Assembly: GCF_000737315.1 (NCBI RefSeq)
Contig: NZ_JMCB01000006.1
Coordinates: forward strand, 20,001 to 268,000
Source: Hyalangium minutum
GTDB lineage: Bacteria; Myxococcota; Myxococcia; Myxococcales; Myxococcaceae
DNA length: 248,000 nucleotides
Direction of reading: 5' to 3'
Shown here: positions 168,601-178,105 of the stretch, piece by piece
Numbering within the stretch: position 1 is the stretch's first letter
Layout of the letters: each line of letters begins with the position of its first letter
Made by a program: the position numbers and the translations under genes
The notes under the pieces: model-generated
The model's input: the letters and a program-made list of their open reading frames with translations, nothing else
The model's database searches: none
Told to the model about the DNA's origin: nothing

Positions 168601-169195
168601 CGGGGGCCATGTAGGCCAGCGTCCCGGCCATGGGCCCCCCCTCGTGCGTCCGGAAGCCGCCGGACAGCCGGGCCAGGCCGAAGTCCAGCACCTTCACCTT
168701 CGGCTCCACGGGGTCCGTAATAATGATGTTGGCCGGCTTGAGGTCCAGGTGGAGGACCTTGGAGTCGTGGCAGTAGGCCAGCGCCTCGGCGATGCGGCGC
168801 GTCAGTTGCAGGGCCTCCAGCACTTCCAGCGAGCCGCGCTCCTGAAGGTAGTTCCCCAGCACCACCCCGTGCACCAGCTCCATCACCAGATAGAGCCGCC
168901 CATCCTCCAGGAAGCCGTAGCCGAGCACCTCCACCAGCGCGGGGTGCCGCAGCCGCGCCAGCGCCTCAATCTCGTTCTGCTGCCAGACGAGCTGCTGCGC
169001 GGTGATGTTGCGGGCGGAGTGCTTGCTGACCTTGATGGCGACCTGCCGCTGCTCCGGGCCGCGCGCGCGGTACACCACGCCGAAGCCGCCCGAGCTGAGC
169101 ACGTCCTCGATGACATACGCCCCCACCGGCGTCCCCGGTTCGAGCGTACGGGGGACACCCTTCACATCGGATTTCTCCGGCGAAGGCAGTGCCAT
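165620..169195 (-). CDS. Ser/Thr kinase - AAA ATPase - TPR protein
   Basis: HLDLKPAN, DFGLA, GEAGIGKS, LEDVH, TPR-like helices. Confidence 0.92.
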   Translation of the reverse strand: MALPSPEKSDVKGVPRTLEPGTPVGAYVIEDVLSSGGFGVVYRARGPEQRQVAIKVSKHSARNITAQQLVWQQNEIEALARLRHPALVEVLGYGFLEDGRLYLVMELVHGVVLGNYLQERGSLEVLEALQLTRRIAEALAYCHDSKVLHLDLKPANIIITDPVEPKVKVLDFGLARLSGGFRTHEGGPMAGTLAYMAPECFFGTGEFSEKADLFSLGTLLYEMLACILPFPTNASYAALGSLKRAGKMTPLEQVAPLVPPPVAALVRSLLAPDVAHRFGGASQLASRLKGLYFELLHGNTSDWAPPPLPPEMVSSDNAPFVGRAREVALLREAVDSVGDRQGRALMVVGEAGIGKSRLISEVLLSPEVSARVLVTYGRCRQLGELVPCSPLREALGQLVEVLLGIRSEPGHRVRHLAGQALAGEAQELRRLVPELSRLLPEGAERDTEGVLVQGLGPERVGKALMHLLTAVGTARPMVLVLEDVHSADEGTLAVLSRISAAPPPGVLLLATTRPPPRLAQTGELEMLTLDALSSLENGQLLAQLAGGASPAVVKALVQAVPFLASGNPLVAAQIIRDLQLGNYLSREADGRVRLSDRLSGEYRPPDSVSTVVGRALERLDERVLKVLRVAALFDRRFRLSDLEALGLFSPLEVHTAITEAEEARLLVVAGDRCTFAHDTLRERLAADGRLENVQDIHRRIGERLQQRKAPPGTQGYHWEKAGQPVRAASAYLEAGLEADRLLDPIGANQHLRKAFTVASAQPPSAERDEVLVRSLYWLVRIGCLLGSAVEMLRYLEQGQALLQDPTMEQQAALNSSWAGAYYAQGNFPKALEYSELCLEAAMEPNLRSYLHAPLSIMGRALSGWGRFGPSISMLTEVAQQSAEAGEYVEQTHAEGMLALGLAYGGEFKRAREYAASAARIALRLGNPVRMAASTFCYAAIAEAEFRWDEGVQRSAELLAFTEAHHITGLYLCMGTAYAGRHQFHVGQLDRARHLLVHALGLARQQGTTHGLCLSYAYLGDVEFVAGRHIEAKAAYEKGLELASAGATDEQAGPLSLIGLAHLQALAGGPIEEVWAKGDEALMRLRAVENLSNSIPSLQRYAEALEELGDVAGAARIYEERQVLVKRLGLTECDFWPRPSPKVERLPPREYWRKASSRLSSSGLRAVKPEDFNAETVVRAAAPGGGDDGKKG

Positions 169196-169424
169196 GATCC
169201 TGGAAAATGCCGATCATGCCACCGCGGGGCGGATGAAGCGAATACGTCACCCGGCGGAGGCACTGTGGGGGCATGCATGACCCAACCCGTCACGTCCTCG
169301 CCCGGAGAGAGACCCTCTCGGCCGGATGAACCGTTGGGTGGCCAACGGGGCGAGCCTCTCCAGTCCCCTGGAGGAGCGCCCCCTGCCTCATCTGGCACGG
169401 CTGCTCGCCGGTCGGGAGACCCGC

Positions 169425-170537
169425 TCAGTGCGCGGCGGCCAGGGACGGGATGCCCGCCAGCGCCGGAGGCCGTACGAAGTGGCCATACCTGCGGCTCGCG
169501 GCGTACCAGGCCACGTGTCCGTTCACGTTGTAGAGCAGCGTGTCGACGAACCCGAGCATGTGGCGGTCCTCCGGGAAGGACTCCCGGAGCTTGAGCGCGA
169601 TATAGGTGATGTCCGCGGCCAGGGAGTTGAGCCGGTCGAGCAGCGACTTGAAGCGGCGCAGCAAGGCCTCGCGGTCCTGCCCCCGGTCGAGCAGCAGCAC
169701 GTTGTCCAGCTCGCCGCACGCCAGCTCCTTGGCCAGCGAGAACACATCATTGACGAGGATGATGTGCCGGCAGGTGTTGGTGAGCAGCAGCTTCACGGGG
169801 TGCATCTCGCGGTGCTCGCGGCTCAGGCGGATGCGCTGGATGGCGAGGAACGCCTCGACTGACTGCACATAGGTGATGGTCTGCTCCCGGTTGTGCATGT
169901 ACGTGGACACCGTGGGCATGTACCCGGTCTCCGTATGCGCGCCATGCTCCCAGGCCACCGCGTCGAAGTAGTTCGCCATGCTGGCGATGAACCAGGCCAG
170001 CGGCATGTCCGTCTCCAGGCCCAGCTCGCGGATGTCCCGCAGCGCCTCGCAGAACGACTCGAGCAGCGGGAACTCGGAGGCCGGAGGGCTCAGCGCGCTC
170101 GGCACCTCGCCGGTGAGCATGCTCATGAAGAGCCCGAACGTCTTCTGGAGCTGGCTGTAGGGCAGGTATTGCGCGCCCGCGCGCAGGTCAATCATGTTGT
170201 CCAGCGCGTCATCCAGCGTGAAGAAGAACGCCTGCAGGTAGATGAACCACTTGGTGCGGTGGACGGGCAGCTGCGGCAGCGTGCACGCCGCCAGCGCCGC
170301 CAGCTGCGTCTGGCCGAACTTGTGGAAGTACGGCTCGCCCTCTCGAATGAGTCCCTTCCGCAGCGCCCAGGTGATGCACTCCTGCTCCGCTCGGGCGACA
170401 TCCGCGGGCGAAGACACGGGGTGCGGCCACCCATGGCCGGGCGCATTCAAGAGGTGCAGGTGCCCCTCCAGGCGCACCTGCGCGACGTTTCCGAGGTCAA
170501 ACTCAACAGCCAGCGGGGAGTGCTTGTCGAGAGGCAT
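169425..170537 (-). CDS. Class I terpene synthase
   Basis: LDDALD (DDxxD), NDVFSLAKE (NSE), WYAASRRY (WxxxxxRY). Confidence 0.9.
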   Translation of the reverse strand: MPLDKHSPLAVEFDLGNVAQVRLEGHLHLLNAPGHGWPHPVSSPADVARAEQECITWALRKGLIREGEPYFHKFGQTQLAALAACTLPQLPVHRTKWFIYLQAFFFTLDDALDNMIDLRAGAQYLPYSQLQKTFGLFMSMLTGEVPSALSPPASEFPLLESFCEALRDIRELGLETDMPLAWFIASMANYFDAVAWEHGAHTETGYMPTVSTYMHNREQTITYVQSVEAFLAIQRIRLSREHREMHPVKLLLTNTCRHIILVNDVFSLAKELACGELDNVLLLDRGQDREALLRRFKSLLDRLNSLAADITYIALKLRESFPEDRHMLGFVDTLLYNVNGHVAWYAASRRYGHFVRPPALAGIPSLAAAH

Positions 170538-170714
170538 GGCGGGGATCCTCCAACACAGACATCGTACGTCAGTGACACGGCAGGCTTCCCCTCGGAAACA
170601 CGCGAGACATGAATCACAGTCACCGTGAAAAAGGCCGTTCATCCTCTCTCTTTTCCAAGGGCGCGCGGTGTCCGTGATTACCCAGCGCGTGAACCCGGCC
170701 CTCCCGCCTAGCCT

Positions 170715-171323
170715 GTGCGGGACATGGATCCCACCCCGCTCGTCGTCGTCGCCGTCATCGCCATCCTCGGTGTCGCGATCTTCTCCATCGTCAACCAGGG
170801 CCAGAAGCGAAAGGCCCTCTGGGAGATGCTGGCCGGACAGCTCGGGCTGGAGCACCGCGGGAGCGTGCTGCTGGGCGAATACCAGGGCGTGCCAGTGCGC
170901 ATTGCCGTGGAGACGCGGCGCAACCCCCACGGCTATGACCAGCTCTGCGTGGTGCGAGCGGACATCCCGGGTGCACTGCCTGAGGGCTTCGTTGCCGCAC
171001 CGCGCCGTTGGACGTCGGGACTGGACCGGATGCTGGCCGACAACACCTTCCAGGCCTCGGACCCCGCGCTCCAGGAGTGCTACGTCTTCCAGAGCGACCA
171101 GCCCCAGCAAGGCCAGGCGCTCATCTATGAGCCCGAGGCGCAGAAGGCCCTGCTGGAGCTCTACAGCCCCAAGCGCGTGGGCTTCGTGGAGAAGAACCGG
171201 GTCCACGTCGCGTACACGGGGCTGGTGGAGGACGCCGAGGAGCTCCGCGCGGCCCTGCTGGACGTGACGCAGACAGCGCACACCCTGGCCCGGGCCCAGG
171301 CGCGCCTCGCGCAGGGCGCCTAG
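170715..171323 (+). CDS. Membrane-anchored hypothetical protein
   Basis: N-terminal TM. Confidence 0.6.
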   Translation: MRDMDPTPLVVVAVIAILGVAIFSIVNQGQKRKALWEMLAGQLGLEHRGSVLLGEYQGVPVRIAVETRRNPHGYDQLCVVRADIPGALPEGFVAAPRRWTSGLDRMLADNTFQASDPALQECYVFQSDQPQQGQALIYEPEAQKALLELYSPKRVGFVEKNRVHVAYTGLVEDAEELRAALLDVTQTAHTLARAQARLAQGA

Positions 171324-171332
171324 CCCCGGCGC

Positions 171333-171710
171333 TCAGCCCCGCCCGGGGCTCAGCAGCCGCTCCAGGCACGCCAGCAGCTCGTCCACGTGTGCGCCCTTGT
171401 GGAACACGGCATCCACCTGCACGGGCGGCGCGGCGCGGCCCTGGCCGGAGACGAGGACGATCTTCGCCGCGGGCACCCGGCGGCGCACCAACGGAATCAG
171501 CTCCCGCGCGTCCCCATCCCCGAGGCTCCAGTCCATCAGGACGGCGTCGTAGCGCGGCTGTCCCTCCAGGAGCTGGCCCGCCTGGGGCAGCGACTCCGCG
171601 ACGGCCACGGTGAAGCCCGCCTCCTCCAGCACTGCGGAGAGCGTCAGCCAGTTGGCTGGGTCGTCCTCCACCAGCAGCACGCTCCGGTGCGGTGTCCCCG
171701 AGTTCTCCAT
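171333..171710 (-). CDS. Single-domain response regulator
   Basis: LVEDD, MDWSL. Confidence 0.85.
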   Translation of the reverse strand: MENSGTPHRSVLLVEDDPANWLTLSAVLEEAGFTVAVAESLPQAGQLLEGQPRYDAVLMDWSLGDGDARELIPLVRRRVPAAKIVLVSGQGRAAPPVQVDAVFHKGAHVDELLACLERLLSPGRG

Positions 171711-171734
171711 CGGTGCCCCTCCCTCGGTGCCCGC

Positions 171735-172454
171735 TCAGGTACTGCGGGCGGCGCCGGCCTCGTCGGCGATGGGGAAGGAGACCTGGACCCGCGTGCCCAC
171801 CGGCTCGGCGGGCTTCAGCTCCACCCACGCGCGGCAGCGCAGCGCCAGCCGCTGGACGATGCACAGCCCCAGGCCCGCGTGCCCCGCCTTCGTCGTCATG
171901 AAGGGCTCGAACACCCGCGTCCGGAGCTCCTCGGGGACGCCCGATCCGGTGTCGCTCACCTCCAAGACAACGCGGCCCTCGTCCGTCCGCAGCGTGCGCA
172001 TCGAGAGCAGGCCTCCGCGCGGCATCGCCTCCACGGCGTTCTCCACCAGGCAGCGGATGAGCAGCGTGAGGCGCGCCGTGTCCGCCTGCACCAGGGCCCG
172101 CTCCTGCCAGGTGCTCTCCACCCGCACGAGGGAGGGCACCCCCGCACGCGCCAGCGCCTCTTGCGCCACGTCACACAGCCGCAGCCGGGTGCTGTCCTCG
172201 TCGGGCACCGGCAGGCCCCGTGTGGACAGCACCTCCTCGGCGGAGACCAGCTCGCGGTCAATGAGCTGGAAGAACGTCTCCATCCGCGGATCCGTCTTCC
172301 ACAGCTCCGTCTTCTGCGCCTGGCGCATCAGGTAATAGGAAGCGTTGCGGATGCTGGAGAAGCGGTTGCGCAGGTCATGCCGCAGCACGGCCGTGACCAC
172401 CTCGGCCACTGCCGCACGCTCGCGGGCCTCCAGCCCAGGGGTTTGCTCGTCCAT
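171735..172454 (-). CDS. Sensorless histidine kinase
   Basis: RHDLRN H-box, EPFMTTK. Confidence 0.85.
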   Translation of the reverse strand: MDEQTPGLEARERAAVAEVVTAVLRHDLRNRFSSIRNASYYLMRQAQKTELWKTDPRMETFFQLIDRELVSAEEVLSTRGLPVPDEDSTRLRLCDVAQEALARAGVPSLVRVESTWQERALVQADTARLTLLIRCLVENAVEAMPRGGLLSMRTLRTDEGRVVLEVSDTGSGVPEELRTRVFEPFMTTKAGHAGLGLCIVQRLALRCRAWVELKPAEPVGTRVQVSFPIADEAGAARST

Positions 172455-172455
172455 G

Positions 172456-173199
172456 TCAGCTCCTCGCCAGGGCCCGGCCACGGGTCCGTGCAATCGTCTG
172501 TGCCAGCTCCCGGATGGAGATGGGCTTGCGCATGCAGGCGACATCCCCCAGTGCTGCCACCTGCCGCATCATCTCGGGGACTTCGTGCCCGGACACCGCG
172601 ATGAACGCCACGGGCTGACCCGAACCCCTCAGCCGCTCCACCACCTGCGCGCCCGTCATCCCCGGCATCACCAAGTCCACCACGCAGACATCGATCTTCC
172701 CGGTGCGCATGCGCTCCAGCGCCTCGTCCCCGTCGTACGCCGCCTGCGCCCGGATGCCGCAGAGGCGTAGCCCCTCCACCGTCGCCTCCGCCACGTCCTG
172801 CGAGTCATCCACCACCAACACCTCGGGTACGAGTGCCGCGCGGCGCAGCGTCCTCAACAGGTGCGCCACGTCGAACGGCTTGTGGAGCACGGTGAAGACG
172901 CCCTCGGCCAGCGCGTCCTCCACCAGGTTCTCCTGGGCGAACGCCGTCATCAGCACCACGGGCAACCCGGGCTGCTCGCGCCGCAGGTGGCGGGCCAGCT
173001 CCACGCCGTGCAGCCCCGGCATGCGGATGTCCGCCAGCACCACGTCCACCGGCCGCTGGCGCACCACCCGCAGCGCCTCCTCGCCCGTGGGGGCCTCCAC
173101 CACCTCGTGGCCCTCCAGCTCGAGGTTGGCGGCGAGCGTCACCCGCATCGACTCCTCGTCATCCACCACCAGGACGCGCGCCGGGCTCACGGGGCTCAC
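172456..173199 (-). CDS. Tandem receiver domain protein
   Basis: Two REC domains. Confidence 0.88.
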   Translation of the reverse strand: MSPVSPARVLVVDDEESMRVTLAANLELEGHEVVEAPTGEEALRVVRQRPVDVVLADIRMPGLHGVELARHLRREQPGLPVVLMTAFAQENLVEDALAEGVFTVLHKPFDVAHLLRTLRRAALVPEVLVVDDSQDVAEATVEGLRLCGIRAQAAYDGDEALERMRTGKIDVCVVDLVMPGMTGAQVVERLRGSGQPVAFIAVSGHEVPEMMRQVAALGDVACMRKPISIRELAQTIARTRGRALARS

Positions 173200-174642
173200 C
173201 TAGGCCGCTCGCGCCTGGGCCGGCGGCAACTGGATGACGAACTCACTGCCCCGGCCCTGCTCGCTCGACACCTGGAGCGTGCCGCCGTGGCGCTGCACCC
173301 GCGTGGCGACGATGGCCAGCCCCAGCCCCGTGCCCTCCTTCTTGGTGGTGAACAGCGGCTCGAAGATGCGCGGCAGCACGTCCGGCGGAATCCCGCCGCC
173401 ATCATCCACCACGCGCACGCGCAGCGGCTCGGCGCCGCCGCCGTCGGCCCGCACCACCACCTCGCCCGGGCGCCCCGCGGGAATGGCCTCCACCGCGTTC
173501 TGCACCAGGTTGATGAGCACCTGCCGGAACTGATCTCGGTCCAACAGCGGCACGGGCAGCGCCTCGGGCACCTGGTTGAGCACCCGCACCTGCTCGCGCG
173601 CGGGCACCACCCCCACCGCCTCCTCCACCAGCGGCCGCAGCGGACAGGGCTGGAGGCTCACCGGGCGCTCGCGCGCGAAGTCCAACAGGTCCGAGATGAT
173701 GCGCGCGCAGCTGTTCAGCTCCCGGTCCATCAACGCCAGGAACTGGGGCACGCGCGCGTCGTTCGCCAGCGGCTCCGGCCGTGCCAGGCGCTTGCAGAGG
173801 TACGCATGCGCGTTGCGCACGGCGGCCAGCGGGTTGCGCAGCTCATGGCCCACCCCGGCGGCCAGCTGGCCCACCGCCGCCAGCTTCTCCACCCGGATGA
173901 GGTGCTCCTGGGCACCCTTCAGCTCCGTCAGCGCCCGGTTCAGCTCCGCCGTCTTCTGGTGCTCGCGCTCGGAGGCCAGCTCCGCCACCGCGCGGCGCTC
174001 GGCCATCTCCCGCATCTCGCGCACCGCCTCGCGGATGGAGCGCAGCAGCACCAGGTCCAGGAACACCAGCCACACCGCGTGTTCCAGCAGCCGCCACCAC
174101 TCCGGGCTCGGCGTGCCGTAGATGGACTCCGGCCACAGCATGCCCCGCACCCAGTGGTCCAACACCACCACGCCGCTCGCGGTGAGCAGCACCGGCCACT
174201 CCCGGTAGAAGGCCAGGAACGTCAGCGAGCCCAGCGTGTGGAAGTGCGTCTCGATGCGCCCGCCCGTCAGGTGGATGAGCAGCGCGGACCAGAGCACCTG
174301 GCAGATGGCCACCGTGTGCCGGGTGAGCGAAGTACCGGGCCGCCGCCACACCTGGACAATGGTGACTGCGCTCAGCACCCCGCCGAGCACCACCGCCACC
174401 CAGATGTGCGAGTCAGCCGCCCGCGCCTTGCCTGCCCAGCCGTACGGCGAGAACACGGCCGCGAGGACGAGGGCCGCCAGCCACTGCGCGCCCATCAGCC
174501 AGGCGAAGAGCCGATCCACCCTCCGCCACACTTCCTGCTGGTGCTGAGAGAAGAGCCGGGCGACGCGCTCCTCGAGCTGCTCCGTCGCGCCGGGCTCCAC
174601 CACCGCCGGCTTCATGGCGGCAAGCCCTGTGCTGCGCTCCAC
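173200..174642 (-). CDS. Membrane sensor histidine kinase
   Basis: TM domain with ETHFH, GHELRNP, EPLFTTK. Confidence 0.9.
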   Translation of the reverse strand: MERSTGLAAMKPAVVEPGATEQLEERVARLFSQHQQEVWRRVDRLFAWLMGAQWLAALVLAAVFSPYGWAGKARAADSHIWVAVVLGGVLSAVTIVQVWRRPGTSLTRHTVAICQVLWSALLIHLTGGRIETHFHTLGSLTFLAFYREWPVLLTASGVVVLDHWVRGMLWPESIYGTPSPEWWRLLEHAVWLVFLDLVLLRSIREAVREMREMAERRAVAELASEREHQKTAELNRALTELKGAQEHLIRVEKLAAVGQLAAGVGHELRNPLAAVRNAHAYLCKRLARPEPLANDARVPQFLALMDRELNSCARIISDLLDFARERPVSLQPCPLRPLVEEAVGVVPAREQVRVLNQVPEALPVPLLDRDQFRQVLINLVQNAVEAIPAGRPGEVVVRADGGGAEPLRVRVVDDGGGIPPDVLPRIFEPLFTTKKEGTGLGLAIVATRVQRHGGTLQVSSEQGRGSEFVIQLPPAQARAA

Positions 174643-174646
174643 GCCA

Positions 174647-175078
174647 TCACATCACCCGTTTCCAGGCCCCAAGCTCTGTCGTCAGCGAGCTCATCACCCG
174701 CTTGAGCCGCGCGGACTCCGCCGCGCGCTGCACAATCTCAATCAGGCGCTGCGGCTCGTACGGCTTGATGAGCAGGTAGTAGAGCCCCTGCATCTCGTAC
174801 TTGTCTCGCTTCTCCAGGTACTCGGCATGGCCGGTGACGAGCACCCCGGACATGTGCGGCTGGCGCGCCATCGCCTCGCGCAACAGCTGGATTCCGTTGC
174901 GACCCGGCATGTTGAAGTCCGTGCACAGCACGTCCACGCTGTTGCGCTCCATCAGCCGAAGCGCCTCGGTCGCATCCGGCGCCGTCAACACGCGGAAGTC
175001 CTCGGACAGGACCGCCGCCGCGGTGATGAGCACCGGGTGCTCATCATCAACCACCAGGACCGTGAGCCTCTCGTTCAT
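174647..175078 (-). CDS. Response regulator receiver protein
   Basis: VVDDE, TDFNMP, IKP. Confidence 0.85.
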   Translation of the reverse strand: MNERLTVLVVDDEHPVLITAAAVLSEDFRVLTAPDATEALRLMERNSVDVLCTDFNMPGRNGIQLLREAMARQPHMSGVLVTGHAEYLEKRDKYEMQGLYYLLIKPYEPQRLIEIVQRAAESARLKRVMSSLTTELGAWKRVM

Positions 175079-175359
175079 GACTTCCAAGCGCCTCGTGGTA
175101 GCCCCCAACCTCGGGGTGGGTACAAGTAGGACAAGCGCCGGAGAACCCGGCACTGCCCGAGACGTTGTTGAAACACCGTACCCTGGGTGGATCGACACCG
175201 CCCCTCGCAGGCAGGGCTCAGGTTCGGCAGCGGACAAAGTCCGGCCCCAGGCTTTCCCAGAAGTCCTTTTTTTCACGCTATGACTTTCGGAAGTGAACGC
175301 TTGCGGGGCCTGCACGCTGATAGGTTGCGGCGGATCGCAGCCTCAGGGGGGCTCCCTTC

Positions 175360-176478
175360 ATGGAAGTTGAGGTCCGCTTCGCCACCACGGAAGACGAGCG
175401 TGCCGCCGTCTACCGTCTGCGCTACGCGACCTATGTGGAGGAGATGCACGTCTACACCCGGCAGGCCGATCACGAGCGCCACTGGTTCCTGGACTCGGAG
175501 GACACCGCGGCCCACTTGATGTACGCAAAGGTGGAAGAGGACGTGGTGGGGACGCTCCGGGTGCAGCTGGAGGCAGAGGGAGCCCTGCCCGAGCCCACGG
175601 CCTCGCGCTTCGCGCTGGAGCGCTTCCGGCCGCTGGTGCGCCCGGAGCAGATCTGCGTGGTGGGCCGCTTCATGGTGCGCCAGGACATGCGCGGCACGGC
175701 GGTGCCCTACCGGCTCATTCAAGAGAGCATCCGCTTCCAGCTCGCCCAGGGCCAGGAGCTGGCCTTCTGCGACTGCCAGCCGCACTTGCTCAACCTTTAT
175801 ATGTCGCTGGGGTTCCGGCCCTACCTGGGCACGTATGACCACCCGGAGTTCGGGGTGATGGTGCCGCTGGTGCTGGTGCTGCGGGACCGAGAGCACCTGG
175901 AGTGGGTGGGCTCGCCGCTGACGCCGCTGCTGCCCACGGACGCGCCGCCCTCGGAGGTGCCGGAGCGGGTGGCGCCGCTGCTGGCGAAGGCGCGCGGGGT
176001 GATGAGCCAGGAGCTGAGCGATCCGGACTCGTACTGGCGGGAGGTGCACGGGCTGATGGGCACGGCGCGCCCGGCCGTGTTCGCCGGTCTGTCCGAGCAG
176101 GAGCTGCAGGCGGTGCTGGCCAGCAGCCACGTCATCCAGTGCGCTCCGGGGGACTACCTCATCCGCAAGGGGCAGGTGGCGCGCACCGTGTTCGTGGTGC
176201 TCGCCGGCTCGCTGGAGGTGCGCGACGGAGAGCGCGCGGTAGCCACCGCGTCCGAGGGCGAGGTGCTCGGGGAGGTGGCCTTCCTGCTGTCCAGCTCTCG
176301 CATCAGCGACGTGTGCGCCACGGGCAATGGCGCGCGAGTGCTGTGCCTGAGCGAGAAGTCGCTGCGCGCGCTGATCGACTCCAGCTCGCGCGCGGCGGCG
176401 CTGCTGCTGCTCAACCTGTCGCGAGCGCTGGCGCACAAGCTGGTCCAGCGCGCGGACAACCCCAAGTCGGGCGGTTAG
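175360..176478 (+). CDS. FeeM/GNAT-like acyltransferase fused to cyclic-nucleotide-binding domain
   Basis: YRLRYATYVEE, VGTLR; C-terminal GEVLGEVAFL..RISDV. Confidence 0.8.
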   Translation: MEVEVRFATTEDERAAVYRLRYATYVEEMHVYTRQADHERHWFLDSEDTAAHLMYAKVEEDVVGTLRVQLEAEGALPEPTASRFALERFRPLVRPEQICVVGRFMVRQDMRGTAVPYRLIQESIRFQLAQGQELAFCDCQPHLLNLYMSLGFRPYLGTYDHPEFGVMVPLVLVLRDREHLEWVGSPLTPLLPTDAPPSEVPERVAPLLAKARGVMSQELSDPDSYWREVHGLMGTARPAVFAGLSEQELQAVLASSHVIQCAPGDYLIRKGQVARTVFVVLAGSLEVRDGERAVATASEGEVLGEVAFLLSSSRISDVCATGNGARVLCLSEKSLRALIDSSSRAAALLLLNLSRALAHKLVQRADNPKSGG

Positions 176479-176502
176479 GGCCGCCCGCGCGCCGGAACCT
176501 CC

Positions 176503-176835
176503 TCAGCGGTGCGCGTGCTGAGTCTCCGTGTAGTGCTGGAGCTGGTGGCGGACCGCCTCGAAGGCGTCATTCACCGCCTGATACGGGTCCTCGTGCTCAC
176601 GGCGCTCGGCGTGCTCGCGCCCGGCGAAGAGCTCCTTGCCCGGCACGTGCAGATCGACGCGCACGTGGAAGCGGTTGCCCTGGCGCTGGTGCTTGTGCGG
176701 CTGCTCCACCACGACGTGGCAGCCGACGATGCGATCGCAGAACTGCTCCAGCTTCTCCGCCTCACCCCGGATGTACTCGGCCATGGCCTCGCTCGTGTCC
176801 ATCCCCCGGAAGGTGATCTGCAGCGGTCGGTTCAT
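176503..176835 (-). CDS. HPF/RaiA family ribosome-associated protein
   Basis: LQITFRGMD.SEA, EDPYQAVNDAF. Confidence 0.9.
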   Translation of the reverse strand: MNRPLQITFRGMDTSEAMAEYIRGEAEKLEQFCDRIVGCHVVVEQPHKHQRQGNRFHVRVDLHVPGKELFAGREHAERREHEDPYQAVNDAFEAVRHQLQHYTETQHAHR

Positions 176836-177115
176836 CTGTCGCCTCGGTAAAGGCCCCGTGGGCCGGTTCACCCTCTCTCCATTGCATTCCCAGGGCCAGC
176901 ACGCTCCCAGGCGATTCAAGGGGTTACGCGCCCCCCGGACGCAGGCTTTGCGGCAAATCGCCTCACGGCCGCAGCGGCTGCGGGGCGTTCTGACACTCCT
177001 GCACGGACAGAGGGGCGCGCCTCACCGCCCGTCCACCGGCCGAGCGGCCCGCGAGGGGTTGCGCCAGCGTGCCTACCTTGTCCATCGGAGCCCTCCTGGC
177101 TCCCGAGGAGGCGGA

Positions 177116-178030
177116 ATGATTCGGTTTGGCCCCGCGGGGTGGACATATAAGGACTGGGAGGGGGTGGTGTACCCCAAGCCCAAGCCGAAGGGGTTCGATC
177201 CGCTGGAGGCCATGGCGTCGCTGTTCGACACCATCGAGCTCAACACCTCCTTCTATGCGCCCATGACGCCGCACAACGCGCACCTGTGGCTGGAGCGCAC
177301 GGCGTTCAACCCGGACTTCCGCTTCACGGCGAAGCTGTGGCGGCGCTTCACCCACGAGCGCTCCGAGCCCTGGACGGCGGAGGAGGTGCGGTGGACGCGG
177401 GTGGGGCTGGGCATCCTGGAGAAGGCCGGCCGGCTGGGGGCCGTGCTGGTGCAGTTCCCCTGGTCCTTCCGCAACGTGCCGGAGAACCGGGACCATGTGG
177501 ACGCCATCGTCTCGGCGTTCGAGGGCTTCCCGCTGGTGCTGGAGGTGCGGCACGCCTCGTGGAACGAGCCCTCGTACTACGCGGAGCTGGTGGAGCGGGG
177601 GCTGGGCTTCGTGAACATTGATCAGCCGCTCTTCAAGGACTCCATTGCCCCGAGCGCGCGGGCCACGGCGTCCGTGGGCTACGTGCGCGTGCACGGCCGC
177701 AACTACAAGGAGTGGTTCCGGCAGAAGGGCTCGGCGTACGACCGGTATGACTACCTGTACTCCGCGCGAGAGCTGGAGCCCTGGGCGGCGCGGACGAAGG
177801 AGGTCGCCTCGCACCCGCGCACGGAGGACGTGTACGTCATCACCAACAACCACGCGCGGGGCAAGGGCGTGACGAACGCGCTGATGTTGAAGGCGATGGT
177901 GACGGGCGAGCAGGTGGAGGCCCCCGCGACGCTGCTGCGCGAGTACCCCGAGCACCTGGCCCCATACGCCCGCCCGGTGGACCTGGCGGCCCGGGAGTGG
178001 GGGGCCCCGGGACTCTTGGGGGAAAGGTGA
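177116..178030 (+). CDS. DUF72 domain protein
   Basis: GPAGW, ELNTSFY, QFPWSF, RVHGRN. Confidence 0.92.
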   Translation: MIRFGPAGWTYKDWEGVVYPKPKPKGFDPLEAMASLFDTIELNTSFYAPMTPHNAHLWLERTAFNPDFRFTAKLWRRFTHERSEPWTAEEVRWTRVGLGILEKAGRLGAVLVQFPWSFRNVPENRDHVDAIVSAFEGFPLVLEVRHASWNEPSYYAELVERGLGFVNIDQPLFKDSIAPSARATASVGYVRVHGRNYKEWFRQKGSAYDRYDYLYSARELEPWAARTKEVASHPRTEDVYVITNNHARGKGVTNALMLKAMVTGEQVEAPATLLREYPEHLAPYARPVDLAAREWGAPGLLGER

Positions 178031-178105
178031 CGTAGGGGGAATTGCATGTCTCCAGGCAAGCCGCTTCAATCCGCACCGGGATGCGTAAGGAGCCATGACC
178101 CGCCC

